Assembly: GCA_964458035.1 (NCBI GenBank)
Contig: CAYWFZ010000003.1
Location: forward strand, 8,297 to 72,296
From: an uncultured Muribaculaceae bacterium
GTDB lineage: Bacteria > Bacillota_I > Bacilli_A > RF39 > UBA660
Reading direction: 5' to 3'
Length of the DNA: 64,000 nucleotides
Shown: one piece after another, positions 1-9,951 of the stretch
Layout: each line of letters begins with the position of its first letter
Numbering within the stretch: position 1 is the stretch's first letter
The notes under the pieces: generated by a model
The model's database searches: none
Told to the model about the DNA's origin: nothing
The model's input: only the letters and a program-made list of their open reading frames with translations
Translations under genes and position numbers: made by a program

Positions 1-118
1 AAACACATGATAAAACTATAACTGCCGAGAATATATATTTAAAATATTTCATGTGCTTCACTCCTATAATAAAATTATAACAAAAAAAAAGGAAAATGTC
101 TTTAAAGAGAGACATTTT

Positions 119-661
119 CTATTCTTTGTCATATTTTAATACCATTACTAAATGATATACTTGATAAATAAATAATACTAATATAGGTAATATTACAAAT
201 ATCAAGAAACCGACAGTAGAAGTCAAGAAACCAACTACCTTACCCATTTTAGACACTGTTTTACTATGTAGGCCAAGTATTCGTTCACTTGGAATAGATA
301 CCTTCTCATTGCCTTCAAAATTATAAAGAGCAGATCTATTGTCACCAGATTTAGATTTTACTACACCAACTCTAACGATATATATATCATTCAAAGTATC
401 ATAGTAATATACTTCATCTCCCTCTTTTATATCATTAAATAAAGTATCTTTTACTATTACTAAATCACCTGACTTAAAATGAGTCAATTCAGCAGTGTTT
501 TCATCAGTCATAATTATAAGTGTATTTCCGGCAATTTCTGTGTATCCATATTTGTTTTTAAAAAACAAAACACTTACCATACAAACTGCAAACACGATAA
601 TAACACACTCTAAAAGACCTAATAGAAAGTTTAATACACTTTTCATATTATCACCATACAT
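119..661 (-). CDS. SipW-like (archaeal/ER-type S26B) signal peptidase paralog; catalytic Ser and His positions appear substituted, so possibly a pseudo-peptidase
   Basis: 180 aa with N- and C-terminal TM helices and motif spacing resembling the SipW-type peptidase at 8749-9894 (GDLVIVK and KSGDNR versus NDIIVVK and TRGDVN). The SGSM serine motif reads AGNT and HRV reads VRV. Confidence 0.45.
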   Translation of the reverse strand: MYGDNMKSVLNFLLGLLECVIIVFAVCMVSVLFFKNKYGYTEIAGNTLIIMTDENTAELTHFKSGDLVIVKDTLFNDIKEGDEVYYYDTLNDIYIVRVGVVKSKSGDNRSALYNFEGNEKVSIPSERILGLHSKTVSKMGKVVGFLTSTVGFLIFVILPILVLFIYQVYHLVMVLKYDKE

Positions 662-774
662 ACATTATAACATTTTATACAAGAAAATGACAACAAAAAA
701 TAAATATAAAAGGATATTTTTTATTTAACTAAGAACCTATAATGGTAAACTTTACAAAATATATATTAATTTTT

Positions 775-814
775 AAAGAAAAAAAGAATATCTAATAAAA
801 CATTAGATATTCTT
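775..814 (-). terminator. Rho-independent terminator of the giant surface-protein gene
   Basis: Perfect 11-13 bp inverted repeat AAGAATATCTA...TAGATATTCTT at 784-814, overlapping the stop codon and followed on the minus strand by a TTTTTCTTT run. Confidence 0.6.
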
Positions 815-3800
815 TATACATCTTTCCTAATAATAATGTACTTATAAACCTCATCGATTAGTTGATTATTATCATATAATTTAAATACAATTCTATAAGT
901 TCCACTTCTTAAATTATTCTTTAGTATATAATTTAAGTGAATATTTTCTGTTGGATTAGGCGAAATAATGTATTCAAAAGTTGAGCTAGGTCTATAAGGA
1001 GAGACAGGATAATTGAATGTATTAGTAAACAAATCTCTTGCATTATATTCAACATAATCTGTACTGTTAGGTCCAGTAGTGCTTCTCTTATAAATAGTAA
1101 ATCTTATATTTGGATTTTCTAGAACTGAAGCATATGTTATATCAAACTCTTCTTCATTTGTTCCTAAACTATTTAGCCCACTCTTACCATCAACTAATTG
1201 AATTCCATCATCGTTATTAACAATTATCATATTGTTACTTCCTACTACTACAATATCATATTCAGTTACTGAAGGCTCCTTATCACCACTATTATGAAGA
1301 CCATCATTTGATGCAAAAAGAGAAATTCGCATCTTATATGTTCCAACCGGAAGAGTATCTCCCGTTGTAAATACTATATTCTTACTTAGATTTGAAACTT
1401 TGTCTGCAAGCTTTATTCTAAACACTCCATTACTATCGACATAATAAGTCTGCCCATCCATCGAAATGGACGCACTAGATAACTGTGATGATGAAGTTTG
1501 TGTTCCATTAACATCAAAGAATTCAATATTCAACCCTAAACTGCTACTCTCATAATTGGTATCAACTATTGATTGTCTAAGTTCAGTTTGATCATAGCTA
1601 ATTCTTGTAGAGGTTGATATATCCTTAGGGGTATCATAATAGAAATAATTGTTATCAAATTTATAATTACCAACTAATACTTCATTACTTGAATCGTATA
1701 AACTATATTTCATTAAGGACCTTCTTTGTCCCCAAACATTAAAGATAGTTTCTTCTCTATCAATATGTTCTCTTAATTCAAATAATATTGTATTATTCAA
1801 ATAATTTCCAGTAATAGTAGTGTCTTGGAAGTCAAATATAAATATAAATTCTTCATTAATAAAATTAATGTTTTCATGATAATAAATTTCATTATTAGTT
1901 TTATCATCATACGTGTTATTTTTATCAATAGAGTCCATCCGTATAAACTTTGACAACCGGTAAGCCACTTCATTTTCTCGATTCAGTTCTGCAACTGCAC
2001 TATTATAATCAGCTTCATCAACTATATAATAGTAATAATTTGGATTCTCATCATTATAGCCGTAATCAATCATTGTTATCTTTGTTCCAACTGGAAGAGC
2101 ATAACTAGATACTAATGCATGATAATTAGTATGATCCTTGCCATAGAATTCTTCCATATTATTAGAATGGGCCAACAAGGCAAAATAAGCCGTAAACTGA
2201 CTTCTATTCGTAATATTAACATTAGTTGCAGCAGGTAAATCATATTTTTTAGAATATGTAATACTTGCGTCATATGCATCACCGTCAAGTATTTCGACAG
2301 AATTAATTGTTACTGTAATCGTAACTAACTTGGATTCATACTCAACTTCATCTTTCGGCACTAATGCCTGAAGAGAAATAACAACTGAACCAAATTTTAA
2401 ATCCGGAGAAATATTCTTAGCGTGATACAAATAAAACATCATATTAGGAGCAAGAGATTGATTATCAGTTCTGTATTGATCAGTTCCTGAATAACTACTT
2501 TTATCTTCTTTCATAAACTTTGTTGTTCCTTGGTTAGTCCACTCAATAGATTCTGACTTCATTGTTAATCCCAAAACTGTATCGGCCTCTTCTTGTGTAG
2601 ATGATAGTTTTGATACAAAGTTTGAATCTTTTAATTTTACTCCTTCAGTTAAACCATCTCCATTAAAACCAATAACATTGAATATTACATTTCCATCAGG
2701 GAAGTCTGGCATATTAAGAACAGCTGTACCTAATGAAGAATATCTAGCTGCAATTAGTTCAACTTCATACTTAATTGAAGGGGTTCCAATTTCCCACATA
2801 TAGAAGTTTGAATTTGGAGGTATTGGATCAATATAAGCAGTTGTAAGTACAGTAAAATCATCATCTATATAATTAGTATAAAATCCATCTACAGTTATAT
2901 CATGATTTATCGCATGTAATCCTCTGACATAAGAACCATCAGTAATGATATCTCCTGCAGTAGCTGGACTACCATAAGACATACTAGAATCATACATACC
3001 ATATACATAAGATCCATTTCCATATGTATTATACATACCAAAGAAAGTCATACCATAGACATTACCAGAAATTGCTACATCTTCATCTATTGCAACATTA
3101 AGATTAGATCCAGCTAGCATGTAAAGCCTATTATTAACATTATAAGTTACCTGTTTAGTATCATCATTAATATCTACTTTAGCTTTTACTTCTTCGCCAT
3201 TAATATCAACTAAACTGCTAAATTCTTGAAGCATATTAGCATTATTTCTAAGAAGTAAATCAGTATCATTTTTTATCTTTAATCTACCTATTCTATTAAA
3301 AGAATATTGTTTATTAGAAATATGGTTTGTACTATCTGTTATACCAATAAGTTCAATTGATGAATTATCTATAACTACTTCATCAGCCCTTTGAATAGAT
3401 ACCGATGTATTAGGATGCTGTCTTGTTCCTAATTTACCAATATAAATATTTGAAGGTCCACTTGAAGATGATGCATTACCAGAACCAAATATACTACCCG
3501 ATATCTTAAAGACATGATTATTTTCGTAACCAGCACCATTGATGTTTATATCAATTCCTTGGGTAACACTTATATGGTCAAAGTCAAATATCTCACTTCC
3601 ACCTTCATTAGCTTCACCACCACCGAAAACAGTTCCGCCAATTTGAATATCGCCAAGAGTAAGATTATTATTCGTTATAGCAGAGGCTCCAATATTTACT
3701 TTTGCGTAACCATATATTTCGGAAGTATTACATCCACCATAAACATTCTTTCCAATTGTTGCACCAGCTATATTAACTATTGAATTACTATTATCTGTTG

Positions 3801-6800
3801 AAGTTAGTCCAACTGCACCATGATTTCCTCCGCCAAATACAGAAGCTGCAACTTTTGTTGTCCCATCAACATTAACTAATGTACTACCATAAACAGTCGC
3901 TTGGTTTCCTCCACCATAAATGGAAGTAAGTATTTGAGCGTCTGTTATGTTAACAATTGTATTACCTGTAACAACGGCTTGATTTCCTCCACCAAAAATA
4001 TTAGTAATTTCACCCTTATCAATATCAATATCAGTATTATTAGTAGTTCCACCTAAATTATTTCCACCATATATATTTCCAATTATTAATTCAGAAGTTG
4101 CACTACTTGGAGTTTTAATAAACGTATTTCCAACTTCTCCAGATTGATTTGAACCACCATAGACATTATTAATATTTCCAGAATGCAAATCAATATGAGT
4201 AGTATTAACACCTATCTTATTTCCTCCACCATAGATACTATCTAAAATAGTCGCACCATTTTGAGTTATATAACTTTCATTAGTAATACCATCTTCGTTA
4301 TTTCCACCAAAGACATTTGATGAAGTTCCAGATATTAATTCAATATTGGCTCTATCAATATTACCTCCAGCATTACTTCCACCAAATATATTACCAACTG
4401 TAGATCCTTTTAAATAGACATTTGTGCTTGTTGTAACATCGGCATCTGCACCACCACCATAAACATTAGGTATATTGGCAGCATTAAGTGTTACATAGGT
4501 TTCTCCAGTAGGTGCTTTATTTCCTCCACCATAGACAGAATCAGTAATCTTCCCACCATTAATAGTGATATTACTTTTTAAGGTATTTCCACTTAAATTA
4601 TTGCCACCAAAGATATTAACTACAGATCCAGACGTTGTAATAATATTCGATTCATTTACTGTTCCTGAATAATTTGAACCACCATAGATTGAATCCATAA
4701 CAGTACTACCTTGTAAATAAATATGGTTATCAGTTACAGAAGCATTTCTACCTCCACCAAAGACATTTTTAATAGTGCCACCACTTAAGTAAACATTAAT
4801 TTCTCCGAGTGGAGTTCCAGCAGCATTGTTACCACCATAAACTTCTCCGATATTACCACCATTAATTTTAACTAGTATATCGCCACAGACTCTTGGAGTA
4901 TAAGTTGAACTTCCTTCACCGCCTCCAAATACTGCCGTTCTTACAATACCTTTATCAAAATTAATTGTTACACCAGAACTTGATTTATTAGTTGAGGTAT
5001 TATTATCACTATTAACTGTTCCAAATGCACTTCCACCATAGATTGAACCATTTACAGTAATTTGTCCAGAGGAAGAACTATTACCAGCTTGTATACTTAT
5101 AGCATCTCTTACATAAGTACCAGGATAAGATGAGTTAGAATAACCACCATATCCTCCTCCATAAACATCGTGAAGAATAGAACCACTATATAAGTTAATA
5201 GTTACTCCTCCATAGATAATTCCGGATTCATTTGGTCCTCCATACAAAGAACCTTCGACGGTTCCACCATCTACTGTAATGTTAACCTGTGATGTATAAT
5301 CGCTGCTTCCTGAACCATTATTATTTCCGCCACCATAGACATTACCAACGACAGTACCTCCAAGAAGTTTGATATTGGATTTTGATGCAGAACTTAATCC
5401 TACTGCACCATAATTTCCTCCACCATAAACATTTCTTAAAATACGTGCATTTCCATCAATAATAATATTAGAGTTATTTGCTGTTCCAATTTCTGATGAT
5501 GTGGTTTTTCCGTTACCTATACCAAAGATACTTCCAGCTTCGAATCCAAAAAGCATTTCATCATTAGCAACATATTCTTCTTTTCCAATAACTGCTGATC
5601 CTCCAATATAGACAAATGTATCGCCATCTAACTCTCCGGTTTGATCGGATGTTCCACCCCAACCTCCAGAGTTAGTTTCACTAGTAATTCCATTACTGCC
5701 ACCAAATACACTATTATTTATTGTTCCTCCAGTAACTTGAATAATTCGATTACCATAGGTTCTTGTCCTTCCTGCGCCACCTATGATAGCATCTACTTCT
5801 CCGCCTTTTACATAGATATAACTATCATTATAATCTTTGTTTCTACTTTGAGATAAAGGTCCACCAATTAAATTATAAACCCATCCTCCTTCAATAATAG
5901 CTTCTCTCGCAGCATAATTAGCTCCACCGCCTCTACCACCAACATATATTCCATATGTATAGTTACTTGTATTACTATTACTATAAGAAGTAGGTCTTCT
6001 TGACCCAAATTTTCCACTTTTTACTATTGTATGCATCGGAATTGAAGCGGCGCCATTTTTATACACATTATTTCCCCAAGAACCTGATGCACAGAAATAA
6101 ACATCTAAGTTATCATTATTCTTCCTAACTCTATCATAGTCATTTCCATATATTGCTGTTCCATCTATATAGACAGTTCCTGATCCTGATCCACCAGTAA
6201 CTAAAAGAGTATTATAAAATCCACTCTCAACCATAAAACGGTAATTGGTAATATTAGTAGATGATCCAGTAGAAGCATTGTCTCCGCCCATTGCTGAGTC
6301 AAAATTAGCACGATTAGTATTATTTCTTTTAATTCCTCTTCCAATCTTAACATTAAACCATCGTCCATATAAATTTCCAGATCTATCGTCTCCTCCCCAT
6401 CCACCGGATGAAGTAGATGCACTAGCAGGAGGATCACTTTCTCCTAAAGTTGCATTATTACCTGAATCAATTGTTAAATTTTCAATGACAAGGTCATTAT
6501 AAGCAGCAACAAAAGAAGAAGACAAATTCCATGTGGTATTACTATTAACTCCATTATTTACCCCTGTTATTGTTACTGGCTTAGTTTGGGATGTTCCAAG
6601 AGTAGACGAAGTATTCTCACTTAATACAATTATATTAGTATCTCTAGTAACTAAATAATAATACGTTTTATCTTCATTATAAATATTTAAATTTCCATTC
6701 TCATCATAAGCTTGTAACAACTTATAATATGTACAACTTGATTGATTACAAGTACCACTACTTTGATAATTTCCTAATCCATCATAATAGCCAACTAATG

Positions 6801-8688
6801 AGGCGTTTCTATTTAAAACAACTTTCTCATAATAAGGACTCATTAAAGAATCTTCATTAAAAAGAACTACTTCTTTTTCAATTATTTCATCATCTACATG
6901 GAATGGAGGTCCAGATATAGATGTCTGTTGCATGATTCCATCAACCAAAGTATAATACGTTGTATATGGATTATAATTATTTCCAGATTGTCTTGAATAA
7001 ACAGTACATCCATTCCAGAAATTATTACAATTTCCAGAGGTTGCACGTCCATTAGAATCATAATATCCATTCTGAGAATTGCCATATCGAAGCGAAACTT
7101 GTGTGTAATATTTAGACATATCAATTGTATCAGAATAAATTGGTTTAGTTTCTCTAACTATATTTACTGCTTTTACTTCCTGCATTGATACACTATTCAA
7201 AGCATTTATTGCTGTTGAAAAAGAGGTAGTAGAATGTTTCACATAAACAGTTGCAATAACCCACGATGCATTAAACTCAATCGTTATATCATTTGGTTTT
7301 CCATCACTTGCATAAGTAACTGGGACTTTTACACTTCTTACATAAATATCACTATTATGTGAAACTTTTGCATTAGGATACAATGTACTCCAACCATTAA
7401 AAGCTAAATTATTAGGTCTATCAGTAAAAGGATTATCAATAAGTTCAAATTCAATATAATCTTGAGTAGAATCTTTATGCAAAGGTATTGTTTTATAATA
7501 AATATATGTGTCCTGTCTTTCATCTAATGAAACATAGCCGTGATGCTCCTCTGGATTAGCAGGATCAATTCCTGAATAAGTAATTTGAACATTAACTAAA
7601 TTAGAGTCATTATAAATATTTTTATTATCCATATTAGGTAAACGACCATCACTACTTGTTGTATAATTTAGTCCCATATAATAATTATAATCAGATTCTA
7701 AATCATTAACATATACGATATTATCTACAATACCAGAAGCATGTGTAGTAATACTCCTTGGGATTACATATAAAGAAGCAATATCAGGTTCTCTTTGATT
7801 GATAAATAAAGTGTCCCCTTCATTAACCCAATTAAAATTCTTCTTATCTAAGTCTTGATTAGCTTTGTTTAAAAAATCATCAACTTTATCAAGGTTAATT
7901 ACACCATTCAATTCTTTATCTGTACTAGTATAATCATAAAGATTATTTTTAACCAAAACATTATTATATTTAACATTAGAATTTGTATATGCAATAGAAT
8001 AAACATTATCATAGTTTGAAGAGATATCAATGTAAGTGTTTTCTATACTAGAATCAGCTATGTTATTTACAAGGCCACCAACATTTAATTGATCTATTAC
8101 AGTATCAGTTAAAGTTATGCTAGCACCATTAACCGATACATTTTTTATAACACTTTGATTTTTAACATCTATCGCTAAAACACCTGTGTTAAGGCCTTCC
8201 ATATTTTCAATTGATTCCTTAACATTCTTTAAATTAACGTTTTTAAATTCAGCCTTATCAAGTCCATAAAATAAAGCATAGTTATTATCTGATGAAACTA
8301 TATTTAGGTTACTAATAGAATATCCATTACCATCAAAAACACCGTTAAAATATCTATCTTTCCCTCCAATAGAAGTAAAAGGTAGATTATCCATATTAAT
8401 GTCGTTTGTAAGTATATAAGAAGCACTTAAATAATTAGTATTAGTTTCTTCATTTATAACTTTCGCAAAGTAAGCTAGTTCTTCACCACTAGAAATTAAA
8501 AAAGGGTTTTCTTTCGTTCCGTTTCCACCATAAAAAGAAGTTGCAACATCGCCACTCCATACATTTTCTATTGTTGCAAAACTACTAAAAGTATTTGGGG
8601 AAAATTTTGATATTAATCCAATTGCAATTATCAACAGAAAAAAAACACTAAGTACTAATCTTTTTCTAATATTTTTAGAACACTTCAT
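814..8688 (-). CDS. Giant secreted repetitive beta-helix surface protein (about 2,620 aa) with at least 24 copies of a ~21-residue [IV][YF]GG[GSN]N repeat (Pmp/right-handed beta-helix-like)
   Basis: Longest ORF runs 814-8706. The likely start is the ATG at 8688 (MKCSKN...), which is preceded by AGGTGG. N-terminal basic/hydrophobic signal sequence followed by NTFSSFAT, which resembles SipW-cognate TasA/camelysin signals. The dense periodic GGxN repeat block maps to about nt 3790-5320. Confidence 0.7.
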   Translation of the reverse strand: MKCSKNIRKRLVLSVFFLLIIAIGLISKFSPNTFSSFATIENVWSGDVATSFYGGNGTKENPFLISSGEELAYFAKVINEETNTNYLSASYILTNDINMDNLPFTSIGGKDRYFNGVFDGNGYSISNLNIVSSDNNYALFYGLDKAEFKNVNLKNVKESIENMEGLNTGVLAIDVKNQSVIKNVSVNGASITLTDTVIDQLNVGGLVNNIADSSIENTYIDISSNYDNVYSIAYTNSNVKYNNVLVKNNLYDYTSTDKELNGVINLDKVDDFLNKANQDLDKKNFNWVNEGDTLFINQREPDIASLYVIPRSITTHASGIVDNIVYVNDLESDYNYYMGLNYTTSSDGRLPNMDNKNIYNDSNLVNVQITYSGIDPANPEEHHGYVSLDERQDTYIYYKTIPLHKDSTQDYIEFELIDNPFTDRPNNLAFNGWSTLYPNAKVSHNSDIYVRSVKVPVTYASDGKPNDITIEFNASWVIATVYVKHSTTSFSTAINALNSVSMQEVKAVNIVRETKPIYSDTIDMSKYYTQVSLRYGNSQNGYYDSNGRATSGNCNNFWNGCTVYSRQSGNNYNPYTTYYTLVDGIMQQTSISGPPFHVDDEIIEKEVVLFNEDSLMSPYYEKVVLNRNASLVGYYDGLGNYQSSGTCNQSSCTYYKLLQAYDENGNLNIYNEDKTYYYLVTRDTNIIVLSENTSSTLGTSQTKPVTITGVNNGVNSNTTWNLSSSFVAAYNDLVIENLTIDSGNNATLGESDPPASASTSSGGWGGDDRSGNLYGRWFNVKIGRGIKRNNTNRANFDSAMGGDNASTGSSTNITNYRFMVESGFYNTLLVTGGSGSGTVYIDGTAIYGNDYDRVRKNNDNLDVYFCASGSWGNNVYKNGAASIPMHTIVKSGKFGSRRPTSYSNSNTSNYTYGIYVGGRGGGANYAAREAIIEGGWVYNLIGGPLSQSRNKDYNDSYIYVKGGEVDAIIGGAGRTRTYGNRIIQVTGGTINNSVFGGSNGITSETNSGGWGGTSDQTGELDGDTFVYIGGSAVIGKEEYVANDEMLFGFEAGSIFGIGNGKTTSSEIGTANNSNIIIDGNARILRNVYGGGNYGAVGLSSASKSNIKLLGGTVVGNVYGGGNNNGSGSSDYTSQVNITVDGGTVEGSLYGGPNESGIIYGGVTINLYSGSILHDVYGGGYGGYSNSSYPGTYVRDAISIQAGNSSSSGQITVNGSIYGGSAFGTVNSDNNTSTNKSSSGVTINFDKGIVRTAVFGGGEGSSTYTPRVCGDILVKINGGNIGEVYGGNNAAGTPLGEINVYLSGGTIKNVFGGGRNASVTDNHIYLQGSTVMDSIYGGSNYSGTVNESNIITTSGSVVNIFGGNNLSGNTLKSNITINGGKITDSVYGGGNKAPTGETYVTLNAANIPNVYGGGADADVTTSTNVYLKGSTVGNIFGGSNAGGNIDRANIELISGTSSNVFGGNNEDGITNESYITQNGATILDSIYGGGNKIGVNTTHIDLHSGNINNVYGGSNQSGEVGNTFIKTPSSATSELIIGNIYGGNNLGGTTNNTDIDIDKGEITNIFGGGNQAVVTGNTIVNITDAQILTSIYGGGNQATVYGSTLVNVDGTTKVAASVFGGGNHGAVGLTSTDNSNSIVNIAGATIGKNVYGGCNTSEIYGYAKVNIGASAITNNNLTLGDIQIGGTVFGGGEANEGGSEIFDFDHISVTQGIDININGAGYENNHVFKISGSIFGSGNASSSSGPSNIYIGKLGTRQHPNTSVSIQRADEVVIDNSSIELIGITDSTNHISNKQYSFNRIGRLKIKNDTDLLLRNNANMLQEFSSLVDINGEEVKAKVDINDDTKQVTYNVNNRLYMLAGSNLNVAIDEDVAISGNVYGMTFFGMYNTYGNGSYVYGMYDSSMSYGSPATAGDIITDGSYVRGLHAINHDITVDGFYTNYIDDDFTVLTTAYIDPIPPNSNFYMWEIGTPSIKYEVELIAARYSSLGTAVLNMPDFPDGNVIFNVIGFNGDGLTEGVKLKDSNFVSKLSSTQEEADTVLGLTMKSESIEWTNQGTTKFMKEDKSSYSGTDQYRTDNQSLAPNMMFYLYHAKNISPDLKFGSVVISLQALVPKDEVEYESKLVTITVTINSVEILDGDAYDASITYSKKYDLPAATNVNITNRSQFTAYFALLAHSNNMEEFYGKDHTNYHALVSSYALPVGTKITMIDYGYNDENPNYYYYIVDEADYNSAVAELNRENEVAYRLSKFIRMDSIDKNNTYDDKTNNEIYYHENINFINEEFIFIFDFQDTTITGNYLNNTILFELREHIDREETIFNVWGQRRSLMKYSLYDSSNEVLVGNYKFDNNYFYYDTPKDISTSTRISYDQTELRQSIVDTNYESSSLGLNIEFFDVNGTQTSSSQLSSASISMDGQTYYVDSNGVFRIKLADKVSNLSKNIVFTTGDTLPVGTYKMRISLFASNDGLHNSGDKEPSVTEYDIVVVGSNNMIIVNNDDGIQLVDGKSGLNSLGTNEEEFDITYASVLENPNIRFTIYKRSTTGPNSTDYVEYNARDLFTNTFNYPVSPYRPSSTFEYIISPNPTENIHLNYILKNNLRSGTYRIVFKLYDNNQLIDEVYKYIIIRKDV

Positions 8689-8748
8689 ACTTCCACCTAT
8701 TATCATTCTAACACACTTTACTAATTAAAAAAAGAAGCAGCAAGCCTC

Positions 8749-9894
8749 TTATTTACTTTTTTTCAACATTGGTAATTCTAAATCATCAAGATTTTTAATA
8801 TCAGCATTTACCTTAATTCGTTTTTTTATTGCTTCTAGATCAAAATTAGATTCACAATTTAAATTTTTAACAGTACTTTCAATAGAAGTTATAATACCTC
8901 GAACATGATGATTATCATTAATAAATGCCTTGTCTTTATCTATTCTAACGCGATATTTTAAAACCTTTAATACAGCATCAAAGAACTCCACTTCATCATA
9001 CAATAGTGATCCTTCAAGCAATCTAAAGAACACATGAATTGGCATTTCATACAACTTATCTTGAATAGTCTTAGTAAATGAAATAGATTCAAAATCATAA
9101 TTATATAATTCATCAAAAGGAATATTATATAGAAGTTCTAAAACAGCGTCAGGGTCATAAAAATCCGTAACTACAAGAGTATATAAATATTGTAATTTTA
9201 AAGATCCATCTGTAGTAAGCTTTAATAATTTCTTTTTCGACTTTAACATACCTAAAACCAAATCGACAAATAGTTTCTCTTCGACATTCATTGGTTCAGT
9301 TTCTACTTTTTTTAATTTGTCCTCTAAAGCATCTTTTATTGATATAACAGATATAGCCTGAGTATACTCAAGAGGAGTTTCACATTTCTTAACTTTATGT
9401 TCTTTTTCTTTAGCAATATATTTTTTAAATATTTTATCAAAATTAACAAGTAGATAGACAATAACAATAAAAAGAACAATAGCTATTACCTTAAAAACTA
9501 GTGTCATTGGAACAATTAAAGAAACTCGTCCAATTATCGCATCTTTATTTACTGGTTCATCATCAATATTATTAACATCTCCCCTAGTAATAACTCTATC
9601 ATCATCTATACGAATAACTCGATGGGTAATAAAAGCATCATCACTCTTAAAAGTAATAATATCATCTACATTGTACTCATCATTTATTTTTACAACTATT
9701 ATATCATTTACTTCAATAGTACCAGACATACTACCACTAGCAACAATAAAATATGTATAACCAAATATATTTGCATAATCCTTATGCATAAATTTAGTAA
9801 TAACAACAGTATATAATGATAGAAAAACTAGTAAAGATAATATTAAATATATAAAATATTTAATCACCCTTTTTATTACTTTCATATTATCCAC
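8749..9894 (-). CDS. sipW: SipW-type (S26B) signal peptidase I with a ~230-aa C-terminal cytoplasmic extension
   Basis: Motifs SGSMSGTI, NDIIVVK, ITHRVI and TRGDVNN match the archaeal-type SipW catalytic core. An N-terminal TM and a second TM (VFKVIAIVLFIVIVYLLVNF) are followed by about 230 extra charged residues. Confidence 0.75.
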   Translation of the reverse strand: MDNMKVIKRVIKYFIYLILSLLVFLSLYTVVITKFMHKDYANIFGYTYFIVASGSMSGTIEVNDIIVVKINDEYNVDDIITFKSDDAFITHRVIRIDDDRVITRGDVNNIDDEPVNKDAIIGRVSLIVPMTLVFKVIAIVLFIVIVYLLVNFDKIFKKYIAKEKEHKVKKCETPLEYTQAISVISIKDALEDKLKKVETEPMNVEEKLFVDLVLGMLKSKKKLLKLTTDGSLKLQYLYTLVVTDFYDPDAVLELLYNIPFDELYNYDFESISFTKTIQDKLYEMPIHVFFRLLEGSLLYDEVEFFDAVLKVLKYRVRIDKDKAFINDNHHVRGIITSIESTVKNLNCESNFDLEAIKKRIKVNADIKNLDDLELPMLKKSK

Positions 9895-9951
9895 CTATTT
9901 TACTATTCATAGCAATTATAACATAAAACAACAAAAAAAGACTAGTATTTA

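Noticed and set aside
3514-7124. Five 70-90 aa ORFs (3514-3783, 5641-5856, 6201-6437, 6245-6502, 6894-7124) inside or antisense to the giant surface-protein gene
   Set aside because: They are shadow ORFs within a long, strongly periodic coding region on the other strand or frame. No independent signals.
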